Positions 39,556-51,200 of a stretch of 64,000 bases of DNA are shown here, one piece after another. Position 1 is the first letter of the stretch. Each line of letters starts with the position of its first letter. Under the pieces are notes generated by a model. That model saw nothing but the letters and a program-made list of their open reading frames with translations. It did not search any database and had not been told where the DNA came from. The translations under genes and the position numbers were made by a program. Location: NCBI RefSeq assembly GCF_001194135.2, contig NC_068981.1, positions 3,413,599 through 3,477,598 of the forward strand. The letters are read 5' to 3'. Source of the stretch: Octopus bimaculoides (taxonomy: Eukaryota).

Positions 39556-41899
39556 CTTTCTCACTTCCCAAGCATTAAACTAATACATCTATTTGTTGTT
39601 TACACACCTGTCTTCATCTTTGGTTTTGTTTTTTTGTAAATTCCACCTGTACACACACACACACACATCACACTATAACCTTAGACACAATTTCTGTTTT
39701 AGAAATTTTGCTCAAAAGGTGTCAGTCAACGAAGGTTATGATAGAAAAATTTTCCTCAAGGTGCCATGCAGCAGAATTAAAAGCAGAACCATATGCCACA
39801 AGGTTACTGAACAAACTTCTTAACCACAAAGCCGTGTCTTCAAATGCTGCTTCAAAAATCAGTGATATGTCTACCAGACATACAGGTGTAGGTGTGATAC
39901 CGTAAGCTAATGAGTAAATGAGTTAAGGCCAGAGAGAGAGAGAGAGAAAGAGAGAGGAGACAGAGTGATTATAATTAAATCAATTCACAGGACACAATGC
40001 CCATAAAGGGAGAAGAAATGAAAGCATTACGTATTTAGCTTGGAGGCTAAATAAACCTGATTATGATAGCAAAAGTACAAATCTATCAGCAGCTTGAGAG
40101 CTTGTTGTAGTTCAGGATTAAATTATTCAGTTTGTGGAGGTCAATAACTAAAATATGCACTAAAAGTAGAAAATAGTTCATGAGCTGCATACGGGCAGAG
40201 AGGAGTAGTATTAGTTAAAAGGGTTTGGAGAAGCATTTCTCAGGCTTTCTTCTTGTTGCTCTTTTACTTAGCTTCTGCTGGAAACAGCATGCCTCACTAG
40301 ATGGAAAGCTGGAGCAGTCAACTTTTATAGGAGAATGGGGCCACATGCTGTCCTTTGACAAGGGTCTCATCGACTAAGCCCTGATATTTTGACTTCTTTA
40401 CCTGGTGGGAAATATCAGGTGTGTCCTCCCAGGACACTGTGAGTTTGACTTTTCCATGTTTGCACGAGTCAGACAGATTTTGTTGAGGCTGAATTAGTTT
40501 TTTATGGCCAACCCTCACCTGCTGTTTTCAAGCAAAGTAATAACTTCCTTTGGCCAGTTACGTTTTTCATGAAAGATTTATTCAGTCAGTCTCTTTTGCA
40601 AACTGCTCAAGTTATTGGGATATAAACACACCAATACCAGTTGTCAAGCAGTGATAGGGGACAAACACAAGACACACATACGTGTCTGCATGTGTGTGTG
40701 TGTATATATATATAATGAGAAGCTTCTTTCAGTTTCCATCAACCAAATCCACTCACAAGGTTTTGGTTGACCCAAAGTTATCGTAGAAGACACTTGCCCA
40801 AGGTGACAAGCAGTGGGACTGAACCTAGAAACATGTAGTTGGGAAGTAAACTTCTTACCATACAGCCACACACTTGACAAGCATTCAGTTCAGTTTCTGT
40901 CTACTAAACCTACTCAGAAAGCTTTGGTTGGCCCAGGGAGGGCCCTATAGTAGAAAATACTTGCCCAAGGTGCTACACAACAGGACTGAAACCAAAACCA
41001 CATGGCTAGGAAGCAAGTTGCTTAACCACACAGCCATGCCCCTAACCCTAACCCTAACCCATGCCAACGCATAATTAAACTATTAATACAAAAACATAAA
41101 AAGGATTCGAAATTTTATTTTAACCAGTGAGTTTGCCAGAAATGACAGCCAGGTCTGCCTCAATCACATATTTCTTTCAAGAAAAGATATAAGGGATAAT
41201 GTAACCCCATTCTTAAAAATAAGACAGGATGGCCATAACTGGAGAGCTTTTGATTATAGATAGATTTGTTTGATGAAGGTTAACCTGAGGCTAAACAACA
41301 AGTGTGAATGGGTATAAAGTAACAAAGAGAAGACAAAGAACAGGATAAGTTTATCTAGGCTCGAAGACTGAACTGCAGCACATACACTTTCAAATGGAAA
41401 ATTTTGGTTTTAGTGGGATTCATAGAAAGAAACTCAAGCAGACAACATTCCAAAGATGAATCACAAAAGGTATGTTCTCTTTGAAAATATTCTTGTAGCT
41501 TGACGGAAGTATTGTTAGATAATATATGCATAAACAGTTTTACACACACACATACATGAATGCTAACATAATATCAGAAATGCCGAGACAAACACACGTT
41601 TAATGTATATAAAGTGCTTGGGGACCAAATAACAACACAACTGAAAACAGTGTTAATGTATCCTTTTGAAGATGATGATGATGATGAAGGTAAGAACAAC
41701 AAACGCAATCACCAATAGATTTATCATATATTATTCTCTTACACATCCCACAACTCACATTCCACTCAATAATAACTATAATAATTTCTTTTATAAGCCA
41801 CAGGGGCACAGATGAAGGGGACATCACAAAGACAGACACTAATTCGTGTGGGGTTTTGCATAAAGGTTAGGGAGAAAGAAATGGAAAAGACAGTGAAAT

Positions 41900-42410
41900 A
41901 CAATAAAAGTATACACAGTATGTGGTAACATGAATGATGCGTGCCTCCTGATTCAGGAAAAACTCCAGCTAGGGCCAATCAAGGAACTCTGGAGGTCCAG
42001 GATTAGCCTGACCACCAAAGGCATGAGTCCTCTCGCCTGTTCTCCAATCTACAGATGCATACTTAAGTGTAGGACATTTCACTCTAAACCATTTTTGTTA
42101 CAGTCATCCATCTTTTCACAAATTCACAGGGGTGGGGAGCACTTCCCTCTCCACACTCACTTTCCTGTTCAAGTGGAACTTAAAAAAGATGACAAGAGTT
42201 TGACTGAAGAGGAAGGTCTTTTCCCTCAATCCTTTCATCCTCATCCAGCACACAACCTCTTTTGCTATAGCCACTAGACAGAAGGACCCTGCCTGCTCTA
42301 CCTTGTTAAAGGCGGGTGGTGAGGCAACCCTCACAATGGGTTTGGCTGATTGTTGGATTTGTCCCACACATAATAACAGCTGTTTGACATAACTCCACAA
42401 CACTGTTCTA
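41900..42410 (-). mobile_element. Tx1/L1-like LINE ORF2 C-terminal fragment
   Basis: LWSYVKQLLLCVGQIQQSAKPIVRVASPPAFNK...CLVAIAKEVVCWMRMKGLREKTFLFSQTLVIFFKFHLNRKVSVER, then KRWMTVTKM after a frameshift. It resembles Tx1-type C-termini (W...R/K...F) as I recall them. Confidence 0.55.
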
Positions 42411-42610
42411 CACTTTTTTTTATTTATACACACACACTAATATCAAACAGTGAGAACGAGAGCACAATATTGGTGGAGAAGCATTCTTCATTTGTGGGTC
42501 AGTTCCAGAGTCACTGCTCATCACCAGTCCGGAGCAGAATGGTTTGCTGGCTGTCGATGCCTATCCGCCATTGAAAACATATTTCAAGTGAAATACATTC
42601 ACTGATTTTT

Positions 42611-42803
42611 GAAAATAGAAATAATACATTTCTAAATCTCTCAGAGAGATTTATGCAGTAGCATGTTTCCTAGGGCTAAATAACAGTAGCATTCTTCCCT
42701 TTTATGGGACTGTCACATTAAGTTGACAACATACTATCACTTTATTGCGCTGCTACTGCATAAATCTCTCTGAGAGATTTAGAAATGTATTATTTCTATT
42801 TTC
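42611..42803. repeat. Perfect 53-bp inverted repeat with an 87-bp spacer
   Basis: 42611-42663 is the exact reverse complement of 42751-42803. Confidence 0.9.
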
Positions 42804-42881
42804 ATCTTCAAAACTGTTTGAGTATGCCACATGAAAGTGTTGGTACTTATTGCCATTTCGGATGGGAATGCGTGTGCGCGC

Positions 42882-42988
<107 letters not shown>

Positions 42989-43510
42989 CAAATTTTTGGA
43001 TCTTAATGGTTTCATGTATCATCAATAATCATCAACAGGGTTAAAATTCAATTAAAGAGAAGGAAAATATTTTAAAATATTCAGAATGTTGACTTTGCTT
43101 TTCCATAACATCTCAGGCAAGTCAATTATTTTAAGAAGGATGCCAAAGTCTGTGTGTGTATACATACATGTGTTTATGTGTGTGTATGCATGTGTGAGTG
43201 TGAGTATACATGTGTGTATGTGTGCAGGTGGCTGTGTACATGTGTGTGGATGAATATGTATGCCATTCTGCGATGCAAATTGGTGGAGGAATTAAACCTT
43301 GGCAAAAGAAACCAATAAACCATTTCCTTTCAAACTAAAAATAGGAATTAATCCACCTGAGTTGCTCCGATGCCCTTGTGTCAATCTTGCCACCAGAAAA
43401 GCAGTGAACTGCAGACCAGTCCATTATAAATCTCTAACCAATGGCACTACTCTTCACAAAAGACAACAAAATAAATAAATAAAAAAACAAACAAACAAAC
43501 TTCAGCTTAC

Positions 43511-43589
43511 CTCCTTGTTGCTAAGATATAATCCATATGTGAAGGAAGTTTATGGCAATTCCACAAATCATTCATAAATCTTACCAATT
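43511..43589 (-). CDS. Candidate internal exon A of an unidentified minus-strand gene (xLVRFMNDLWNCHKLPSHMDYILATR)
   Basis: Minus strand: branch-like TTGAC, acceptor gttctttctctctttctctAG, 79-nt exon, donor GAG|gtaagc. Only one frame is open (phase 1 to 2). No homolog recognised. Confidence 0.5.
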
Positions 43590-43844
43590 CTAGAGAAAGA
43601 GAGAAAGAACATTTGTCAACAGATTATTGAAAATGAAAAAAAAGCAGATAAACTGATATGGTTATTCATTATTTCATATAATCTTACACCTGCAATCATT
43701 ACTTAATGGCATTTATGTATTAACCCTTTTCATACCAACCACCTGAGATCAGTCCTGGTTCGAGGAGATAAAAACTGCCAGACTTAAACGGATCTGAATT
43801 AAAATCCTTCCATCAAAATTCCTTGTTATTCTTTTTTCTTTTAT

Positions 43845-44222
43845 TTGTTTCATACATTTGACTGCGGCCATGCTGGAGCACCGCCTTTAGTCGAGGAAAT
43901 CGACCCCAGGACTTATTCTTTGTAAGCCTAGTACTTATTCTATCGATCTATTTTTGCTGAACCGCTAAGTTACGGGGACGTAAACACACCAGCATCGGTT
44001 GTCAAGTGATGTTGGGAGGACAAACACAGATACACACACACACACACATACATATATATACGACGGGCTTCTTTCAGTTTCTGTCTACCAAATCCACTCA
44101 CAAGGCTTTGGTCGGCCCGAGGCTATAGTAGAAGACACTTGCCCAAGATGCCATGCAGTGGGACTGATCCCAGAACCATGTGGTTGGTAAGCAAGCTTCT
44201 TACCACACAGCCACTCCTACAC
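43845..44222 (-). mobile_element. tRNA-derived SINE family S2 (CORE-like head, (TG)n, tail; representative copy)
   Basis: Minus strand: ggagtggctgtgtggtaagaagcttgcttaccaaccacatggttctgggatcagtcccactgcatggcatcttgggcaagtgtc...; tail ggtgctccagcatggccgcagtc. Other full or partial copies: 5895-6310, 9620-9780, 11613-11765, 13350-13750, 15870-15985, 17620-17815, 21770-21925, 27505-27645, 31080-31770, 32820-32965, 34530-34650, 35230-35395, 39690-39830, 40570-41040, 45298-45415, 49218-49355, 54395-54545, 55745-55910, 57705-58050. Confidence 0.8.
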
Positions 44223-45804
44223 CTATGTTAATTCATGTTCCAAACATTAGTTTTAATAATCCTCTCTACACAAGACTAGAAATCTTGTAGGAGAGGAATA
44301 GTTGATTACTTCGACCCCAGGGCTTCACTGGTATTTAATTTATCGACCCTGAAAGAATGAAAAATAAAGTTGACCTGGGAGAATTTGAACTCAGAACGTA
44401 AAGTATTGGAAGAAATGCCACTAAGCATTCTCTCTGGTGCAATAACAATTCTGCCAGTTCACCACCTTAAACATTTGTTTAATAATGACAAAGTTATTTT
44501 ACTAAATTCTTGATTATTTTCAAAATTAATTATGGCTGGCTGGCTCCTGTCAAACCATCTCACCCATGCCAGCATGGAAGCCAGACATTAAATGATGATG
44601 ATGATGATTTTAACAGACATGTGGTAAGAAAAATGCTAAAATGGTCTAAATTAAAAACTTCCATCAAAATTCCATGTTAACTTATGTTGTAAACTCCAGT
44701 TCAATAATGGTAAACTTATTTTACCAAATTTTTATTTTCAAAATTCTTTGAAACAGAAATCACTGCATTTTAACAGAAATATAGCAATAAAAGGGTTAAA
44801 GAAAAATAATATTTCTTTCAAATATTATTCTTAAAAATTCCTTCAAAAGAAACTAATTTATTCCAAACTGTTCACATTTAAATGGTTTTCCTCCTTCTTC
44901 CAGGAATTGGCATTTAAAGAACTTTCCTGGTATTTTTAGATGAAATCAGGCCAAATAACACACATACCAAATATTAAGAATTTCTAACATTTCAAACTGC
45001 AGCACTTCAAAAGTTACCAGAATCTTCTCTAAGATCTCAATAGTAATTCACAGAGCATTTATTATTGGAAGAAGAAACCTTTTAATAATTATCGGAATAG
45101 AAGTTAGTAATTAGTGAAGAATTACAAGTAACCATAAAGGAATGTCACAATATTAATTATAACTTTCCATTAATTACCTATTGTATTATTTAATGCTAAT
45201 TTACTGCTTCAATTATAAATAGGTAGAAAGAAAACAAAATGTCACTTGGAATTAATTAGTAAATTCCTGGCATGAAGTTAAATAAACGTGAATTAAGGTG
45301 CAGGCATGACTGTGTGGTAAGAAGCTTACTTCCAAACACATGGTTCTAGGTTCAGTCCCACTGTGTGACAACTTGGGCAAGTGTTTTCTACTATAACCTT
45401 GGGCTGAACAAAGCCTTTTCGATAGCAACCTGCCTGAAACTATCCTTGATTCTATGATAGAAACTTTCAGTTTGAAACTGATCTAAATTAAAACCGACCA
45501 TCAAAATTCTATGTTAACCCATTAAATCGCAGAGTACTTCAATTTCTGAATATTACTTCTAAATTTTTACAGATGATTGAAAATAGGTTAAAATGAAAAA
45601 AATGATTATTAAAACTCCTTTACTTCAAGTAGAAATTGAAATACTCGGTGTCCTATAAATAGGACACTGAGACAATGTGATATAGCTTATTTAAGGTCTT
45701 CATTTAGTGTCCTATTTAAATTATGTTCCAAACAATATATTTAATTATGTTAAATCTCTGAACGAGGTATAAACACTAACTGCACGACAACGTGAATTAT
45801 ATTT

Positions 45805-46035
45805 GCCACTTAAAAATGCGGCTAAACCCTAAGAGTGAATGCTACTGTTGCTTTTAGCCCCAGGAGAACATCTCCTCCAGCTGGCTATTGACACACTTTC
45901 TGTGCCCTGTCAGTATTTGCAAAGGGAAGTCATCCTTCTCATCATTGTCGATCTGACGTGATACGCACGGACTCGAGTTTCTGGGTATTTACCCTTCGTC
46001 AGCGTACGACAGTCACCGATCTTCGATGCAAAGAT
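45805..46035 (-). mobile_element. PLE-like pseudo-LTR fragment carrying the family D hammerhead
   Basis: CpG-retaining island containing the hammerhead motif, inserted within a MITE remnant. Confidence 0.5.
45965..46007 (-). ncRNA. Minimal type I hammerhead ribozyme motif, family D (best preserved)
   Basis: Minus strand: GTACG CTGACGA A GGGT aaat ACCC a GAAA CTCGAG TC CGTGC. Stem I GTACG/CGTGC, stem II GGGT/ACCC, palindromic stem III ACTCGAGT, GUC cleavage triplet, one extra A before GAAA. Confidence 0.7.
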
Positions 46036-46973
46036 AATTTAGTTATTTCACCAAATTTTTCATAATTTTCAAAATTAATTGAAACAAAAGCAGCATATTT
46101 TAACAGAAATATTGTAAGAAAGGGGTTAGTTCCTCATGTCAGCAGTATGATAACGAAAACAGAGGACATGGTTGAGGGTCATCGAATATCTCCAAAATAA
46201 AGCAGTTGTTTATTTGTAGACAATTTAATATGAAATGTCAATCTCTCTCTCCGTGCTATTTTGCATCTTAGAAACAAAAAAAAAAAAAAAAAAAAAANNN
46301 NNNNNNNNNNNNNNNNNNNNNNNNNNNNNNNNNNNNNNNNNNNNNNNNNNNNNNNNNNNNNNNNNNNNNNNNNNNNNNNNNNNNNNNNNNNNNNNNNNNN
46401 NNNNNNNNNNNNNNNNNNNNNNNNNNNNNNNNNNNNNNNNNNNNNNNNNNNNNNNNNNNNNNNNNNNNNNNNNNNNNNNNNNNNNNNNNNNNNNNNNNNN
46501 NNNNNNNNNNNNNNNNNNNNNNNNNNNNNNNNNNNNNNNNNNNNNNNNNNNNNNNNNNNNNNNNNNNNNNNNNNNNNNNNACACACACACACACAAAGTA
46601 ATGGGAATTGCTAAGTTTTATTGCAACTTATATTCAGGTCATAAACGTCAAAACTATTTGACATTTTGATTCCCCACACACCTCTATACTACCCACTCAC
46701 TCCCCCACCCCATCCAAAGATTATTACTAACACCAGTTTGAAAATCACATAAATAGCAAATTTCACCAGGATGAAACATTCTTTAATTGTTTTGACAGCA
46801 ACCCACCTGACACTTCCCCTCGTTTTGTTATAAATACTCCGGGGGGGGGGGGGTTAAAGTGGCCAAAACTAAAAAGCTTCCATCATAATTCCATGTAGGG
46901 TAAACTATCCCTTTATCTACCTAATGAGCTATCTATCCACCTATCAACCTCTCCATCCCTCTAGCTATCGATC

Positions 46974-47005
<32 letters not shown>

Positions 47006-47482
47006 AATTATACACACATACACATATATAGGTATATTATTATTATTTCATCCTCCAGTGTTTTAAATCCAGGTTTTGCCCCCATTAACAGGGGAGGGCA
47101 AATCTACTTCTATGCCATAGCAACCGCGCCCTCTCACCATCTCGCCTGGTTTTGGGTGTCCGCCCTTTTCAAACCAACTCTTCCAATCTCCTCCTCCATC
47201 TGTCCCCTCCACCTTTTCCTCTGTCTACCTCATTTTCACGCTCCATTTACCACAAGTCTACCTAATCCTTTCTACTATAGACACAAGGCCTGAAATTTGG
47301 GGGAGGGGGACTAGTTGATTACATCGACCCCAGCATTTCACTGGTACTTAATTCATCAACCCCGAAAGGATGAAATGCAAAAACGACCTCGGCAGAATTT
47401 GAACTTAGAATGTAGAGACCAGTTGAATACCGCTAAGCATTTTGTCCAGTGTGCTAACGATTATGACAGCTCACCACCTTAC

Positions 47483-47513
<31 letters not shown>

Positions 47514-48113
47514 GACTCTTCCATCGAAGATGACGTATGAGTGTTTGGCTTTTGCAGAACAAGCTGTACAAAGGATTTTTTATTGCGATCAAATGCATGT
47601 GTTGTACATTAGCTCACTCTCTCTCCATCAAATTGATGTTGCCTGAACAGGTGTACAGGTGTGACATGCGTCAGGTATCAAAGTGATTGCAGAACAGTAT
47701 GAGATGAAGTGTTTTGCTCAAGAACACAATTGCACCACCCAGTCTAGGAATTGAAACCATGATTGCTAGATCACAAATGCAACACTAACCACTAAGCCAT
47801 GTGTCCTTACAACAATCATCATCATTGTCGTTTAACGTCCACTTTCCATGCTAGCATGAGTTGGACTGTTTGACTGAGGACTGGTGAGCCAGAGGCTGTA
47901 CCAGGCTCAATCTGATCTGGCAAAGTTTCTACAGCTGGATGCCCTTCTTAATGCCAACCACTCTGAGAGTGTAGTGGGTGCTTTTACGTGCCACCAGCAC
48001 GAGGGCCAGTCAGGCAGTACTGGCAACAGCCATGCTCAAATGGTGTCTTTTACGTGCCACCTGCACAGGAGCCAATCCAGCGGCACTGGCAATGACCTCG
48101 CTCAAATGTTTTT

Positions 48114-48147
<34 letters not shown>

Positions 48148-48166
48148 AATGATAATGATAATAATA

Positions 48167-48197
<31 letters not shown>

Positions 48198-49569
48198 TAA
48201 TAAACAAGAAGAAGAAAAGACTTTCTTTTTTTGTTCAGTCCATGTTTAGGAGTAACAGGATGAATAGGGAAGGTGGGGGGAGCTGGCAGAAACGTTAGCA
48301 TGCCGGGCAAAATGCTTAGCAGTATTTTGTCTGTCTTTACGTTCTGAGTTCAAATTCCAGCAAGGTCAACTTTGCCTTTCATCCTTTCGGAGTCAATAAA
48401 TTAAGCACCAGTTGTATACTGAGATTGATCTAATTGACTGGCCCCCTCCCCCAAAATTTCGGGCCCTGTGTCTAGGAAGGAGGAAACAAAAAAAGAGAAA
48501 CCTTAAACACAGGCATTAAAAAAATCAAATTGTTCGCAACCGAATAGCAAAGCTTCATTATAGATGAAAGATGCAATAACGAAGCCATTAATTATAATCT
48601 TGCTCTGACACTCATTATAATCTCTGTTCAATAGACATTACAAATTGATCAAATAATATAAATTGTAATTTCCATTCTTCATGGAATTAAATGACAAACA
48701 AAAACAAAAAAAAAAACAAATAAACAAACAAAATGAAGCTGTTTATAAAAGTTGCTGCTTCATGCATAAATATTGTTGTCTTTAATATTGCTGTTGTTGT
48801 TGTTGTTTAGTCCCATGTCAGCACCAATCAAGCAGACATAATTTCAAAGGCTCTCCAGCCATGACAGTTCCAGCTCTTAAAATCTTGTTGAAAATTGTTT
48901 CAGTCAAAAACCTTGTCCTATAATGATTCTGTTACAGAACAGAAATAAACAGTAGAGGAAAGTGGCCTACTTCCTTACAAGGTTAGTTGTTTTCAACCAT
49001 GACCATCACCACTGCAACTGTCATACACACACCATTCAAACTTCTTAAACCACCACCACCACCAACACCTTTGACTTCGCTGCTGCCTTCCTCTCCACCA
49101 CCATCACCAGTCTTTCACATCCCTTACTATCACCATCATGCTTGACTGCCTCAGCTACCTCCACCACCAACGGACGTTGAATGACGATGATTGATTATAT
49201 ATATATATATATATATATGACGGGCTTCTTTCAGTTTCCGTCTACCAAATCCACTCACAAGGCTTTGGTCAGCCCAAGGCTATAGTGCCAGGCAGTGGGA
49301 CTGAACCTGGAACCATGTGGCTGGTAAGCAAGCTACTTACTACACCGCCACTCCTGTATAGTATTAAAGTGAGAGTGAAAGATAGAGTAGAAGGTAGATA
49401 TACTAAACTGACAAGCTGTACATTGCATTGGAGTAAACAAGTGAAAATTACTGCAAGAGGAGCAAGGGGAGGAGAGGTTGTAAAGGAGCATTAATACAGC
49501 AGTACTTAGAGCAGCACATATACTTGCATGTATAAGTGTATGTGTGTGTATATATATATATATATATAT

Positions 49570-49634
<65 letters not shown>

Positions 49635-50287
49635 TATACATTCACACAAACACACATAGTTACATGCACACATACACACCATGTCCAAGAAAACACCAAA
49701 CGAAGGCTGAAAACTGAGTTAATGCGGCTGTCCTGTAGCAAAAGATTAAATTAGGTTGGCTGAGTCTCCAATAATTGTTTGTTAAGCAGGTAATTAATGA
49801 AGGTTTGAGATGTTTCTCACTTACTAAAATGACATCATTAGCAAATCAACATGACACGAAGACATTTTGTTTGGCTTTTTTTGTATGTCTTTCGGTGCTT
49901 GTGTGCTTAAAAAATTTCATTTTGACATGAAAATGCTTACTGGAAATGTTAAACCAGTGATTTTTTACATTTCTTTGGTGTTTTGCCACACTGGAAATTG
50001 CAATTACTTCTTCCCCACCTGAATTACTCTTATGGAAAACATGCTTTGGCATGGTTTCTATGGTTGGATGCCCTTCCTAATTCCAACCACTTAGTGTGCT
50101 GGGTGCTTTTTGTGTGGCACCAGCAGCAATGAGGTTACCATATAACTTGGAAGACAAAGAGAAACACTCTTGCCTGAGTGGGGATGTAATAGAGAGGACG
50201 ATGTCTTTATGCCAGGCGCTGAAGGACAGGAACAGGTGTCTTACTGTAGAGGAGACATGGCTACCCTGCATTGTATAAGAGTAGGAC

Positions 50288-50512
50288 AGCAAGCTGGCAG
50301 AATCGTTAGCATGCCAGGTGAAATACTTGTATTTTGTCTGCCGTTACGTTCTAAGTTCAAATTCCACCCAAGTCGACTTTGCCTTTCATCCTTTCGGGGT
50401 CGATTAAATAAATACCAGTTATGCACTGGGGTCAATGTAATCGACTTAATCCCGTTGTCTGTCCTTGTTTGTCCCCTCTATGTTTATCCCCCTGTGGGCA
50501 ATAAAGAAATAT
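50288..50512 (+). mobile_element. tRNA-derived SINE family S1 (representative copy)
   Basis: A-box agctggcagaatcgttagc, B-box gttctaagttcaaattc, then gtcgactttgcctttcatcctttcggggtcgattaaataaatacc (Deu/Nin-like domain from recall). Other approximate copies on +: 5191-5400, 10863-11075, 12960-13080, 22845-23190, 48275-48478, 50880-51035, 51768-51920. On -: 19380-19620, 28440-28620, 29250-29465, 31372-31610, 32560-32775, 34190-34410, 44270-44470, 47270-47482, 51400-51535, 54605-54820, 59700-59830. Confidence 0.8.
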
Positions 50513-51059
50513 ATATAAGAGTAGGTGGCAACAGGTAGAAGGAAGACAAAGTTGGTGGTGACGAGATGTCAGGGTGTACCCTTAAGGTACAAGAGGGTGA
50601 GTAAAAGAGAGAACAGAGACAGAACATCAAGAAGTTTGGGTGGGTAAGTTTGCAACAAGAGATGTGATTTTTTTTTTCTACTTTTCATTCTCTACAAGTC
50701 TTAGAAGCTCTACAGAAGCAGATGTGAGCAATGCTTTTCTTCCTCTGACTAATGTTACAACCCACTTTACTCCTTCCTCATATAAATTGAAGACTTCAAA
50801 GAAATGTCTATTGTCATATGCATGGAGGACAATGAGAATCAAAACAACGACAGAAGACTTCTTAAAATATTCCCTCAGATTCTTTATGTTCTGAGTTCAA
50901 ATTCTGACAAGGTCGACTTTGCCTTTCTTCCTTTCGGGGTTGATAAATTAAGTACCGGTTGCATACTGAGGTCAATCTAATCGACTGGCCCCCTCCCCCA
51001 AAATTTCAGGCCTTGTGCCTAGAGTAGAAAAGAATATATTCCTTCAGATTTGAATGCGG

Positions 51060-51200
51060 ATGTACTAATCATCCTTAGAGAACAGCTTCCCCTTTCAGAT
51101 GATGTCATCCGCAAAACACTCGATTCATTGAGATGCTGCAGTATTTCAATCTGGTTATGTCTCTTCAGTGAAAGCTACTCCCAGATTAATCAAGCTAAAT
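51060..51200 (-). mobile_element. Possible heavily decayed LINE reverse transcriptase fragment
   Basis: Minus strand reads IECFADDII (a YADD-like motif) among many stops. Confidence 0.3.

Noticed and set aside
44968-45035. Minus-strand frame ILEKILVTFEVLQFEMLEILNIW with a GTATGT donor as the exon upstream of A
   Set aside because: It ends in phase 2, and joining it to exon A creates TGA. The acceptor is weak.
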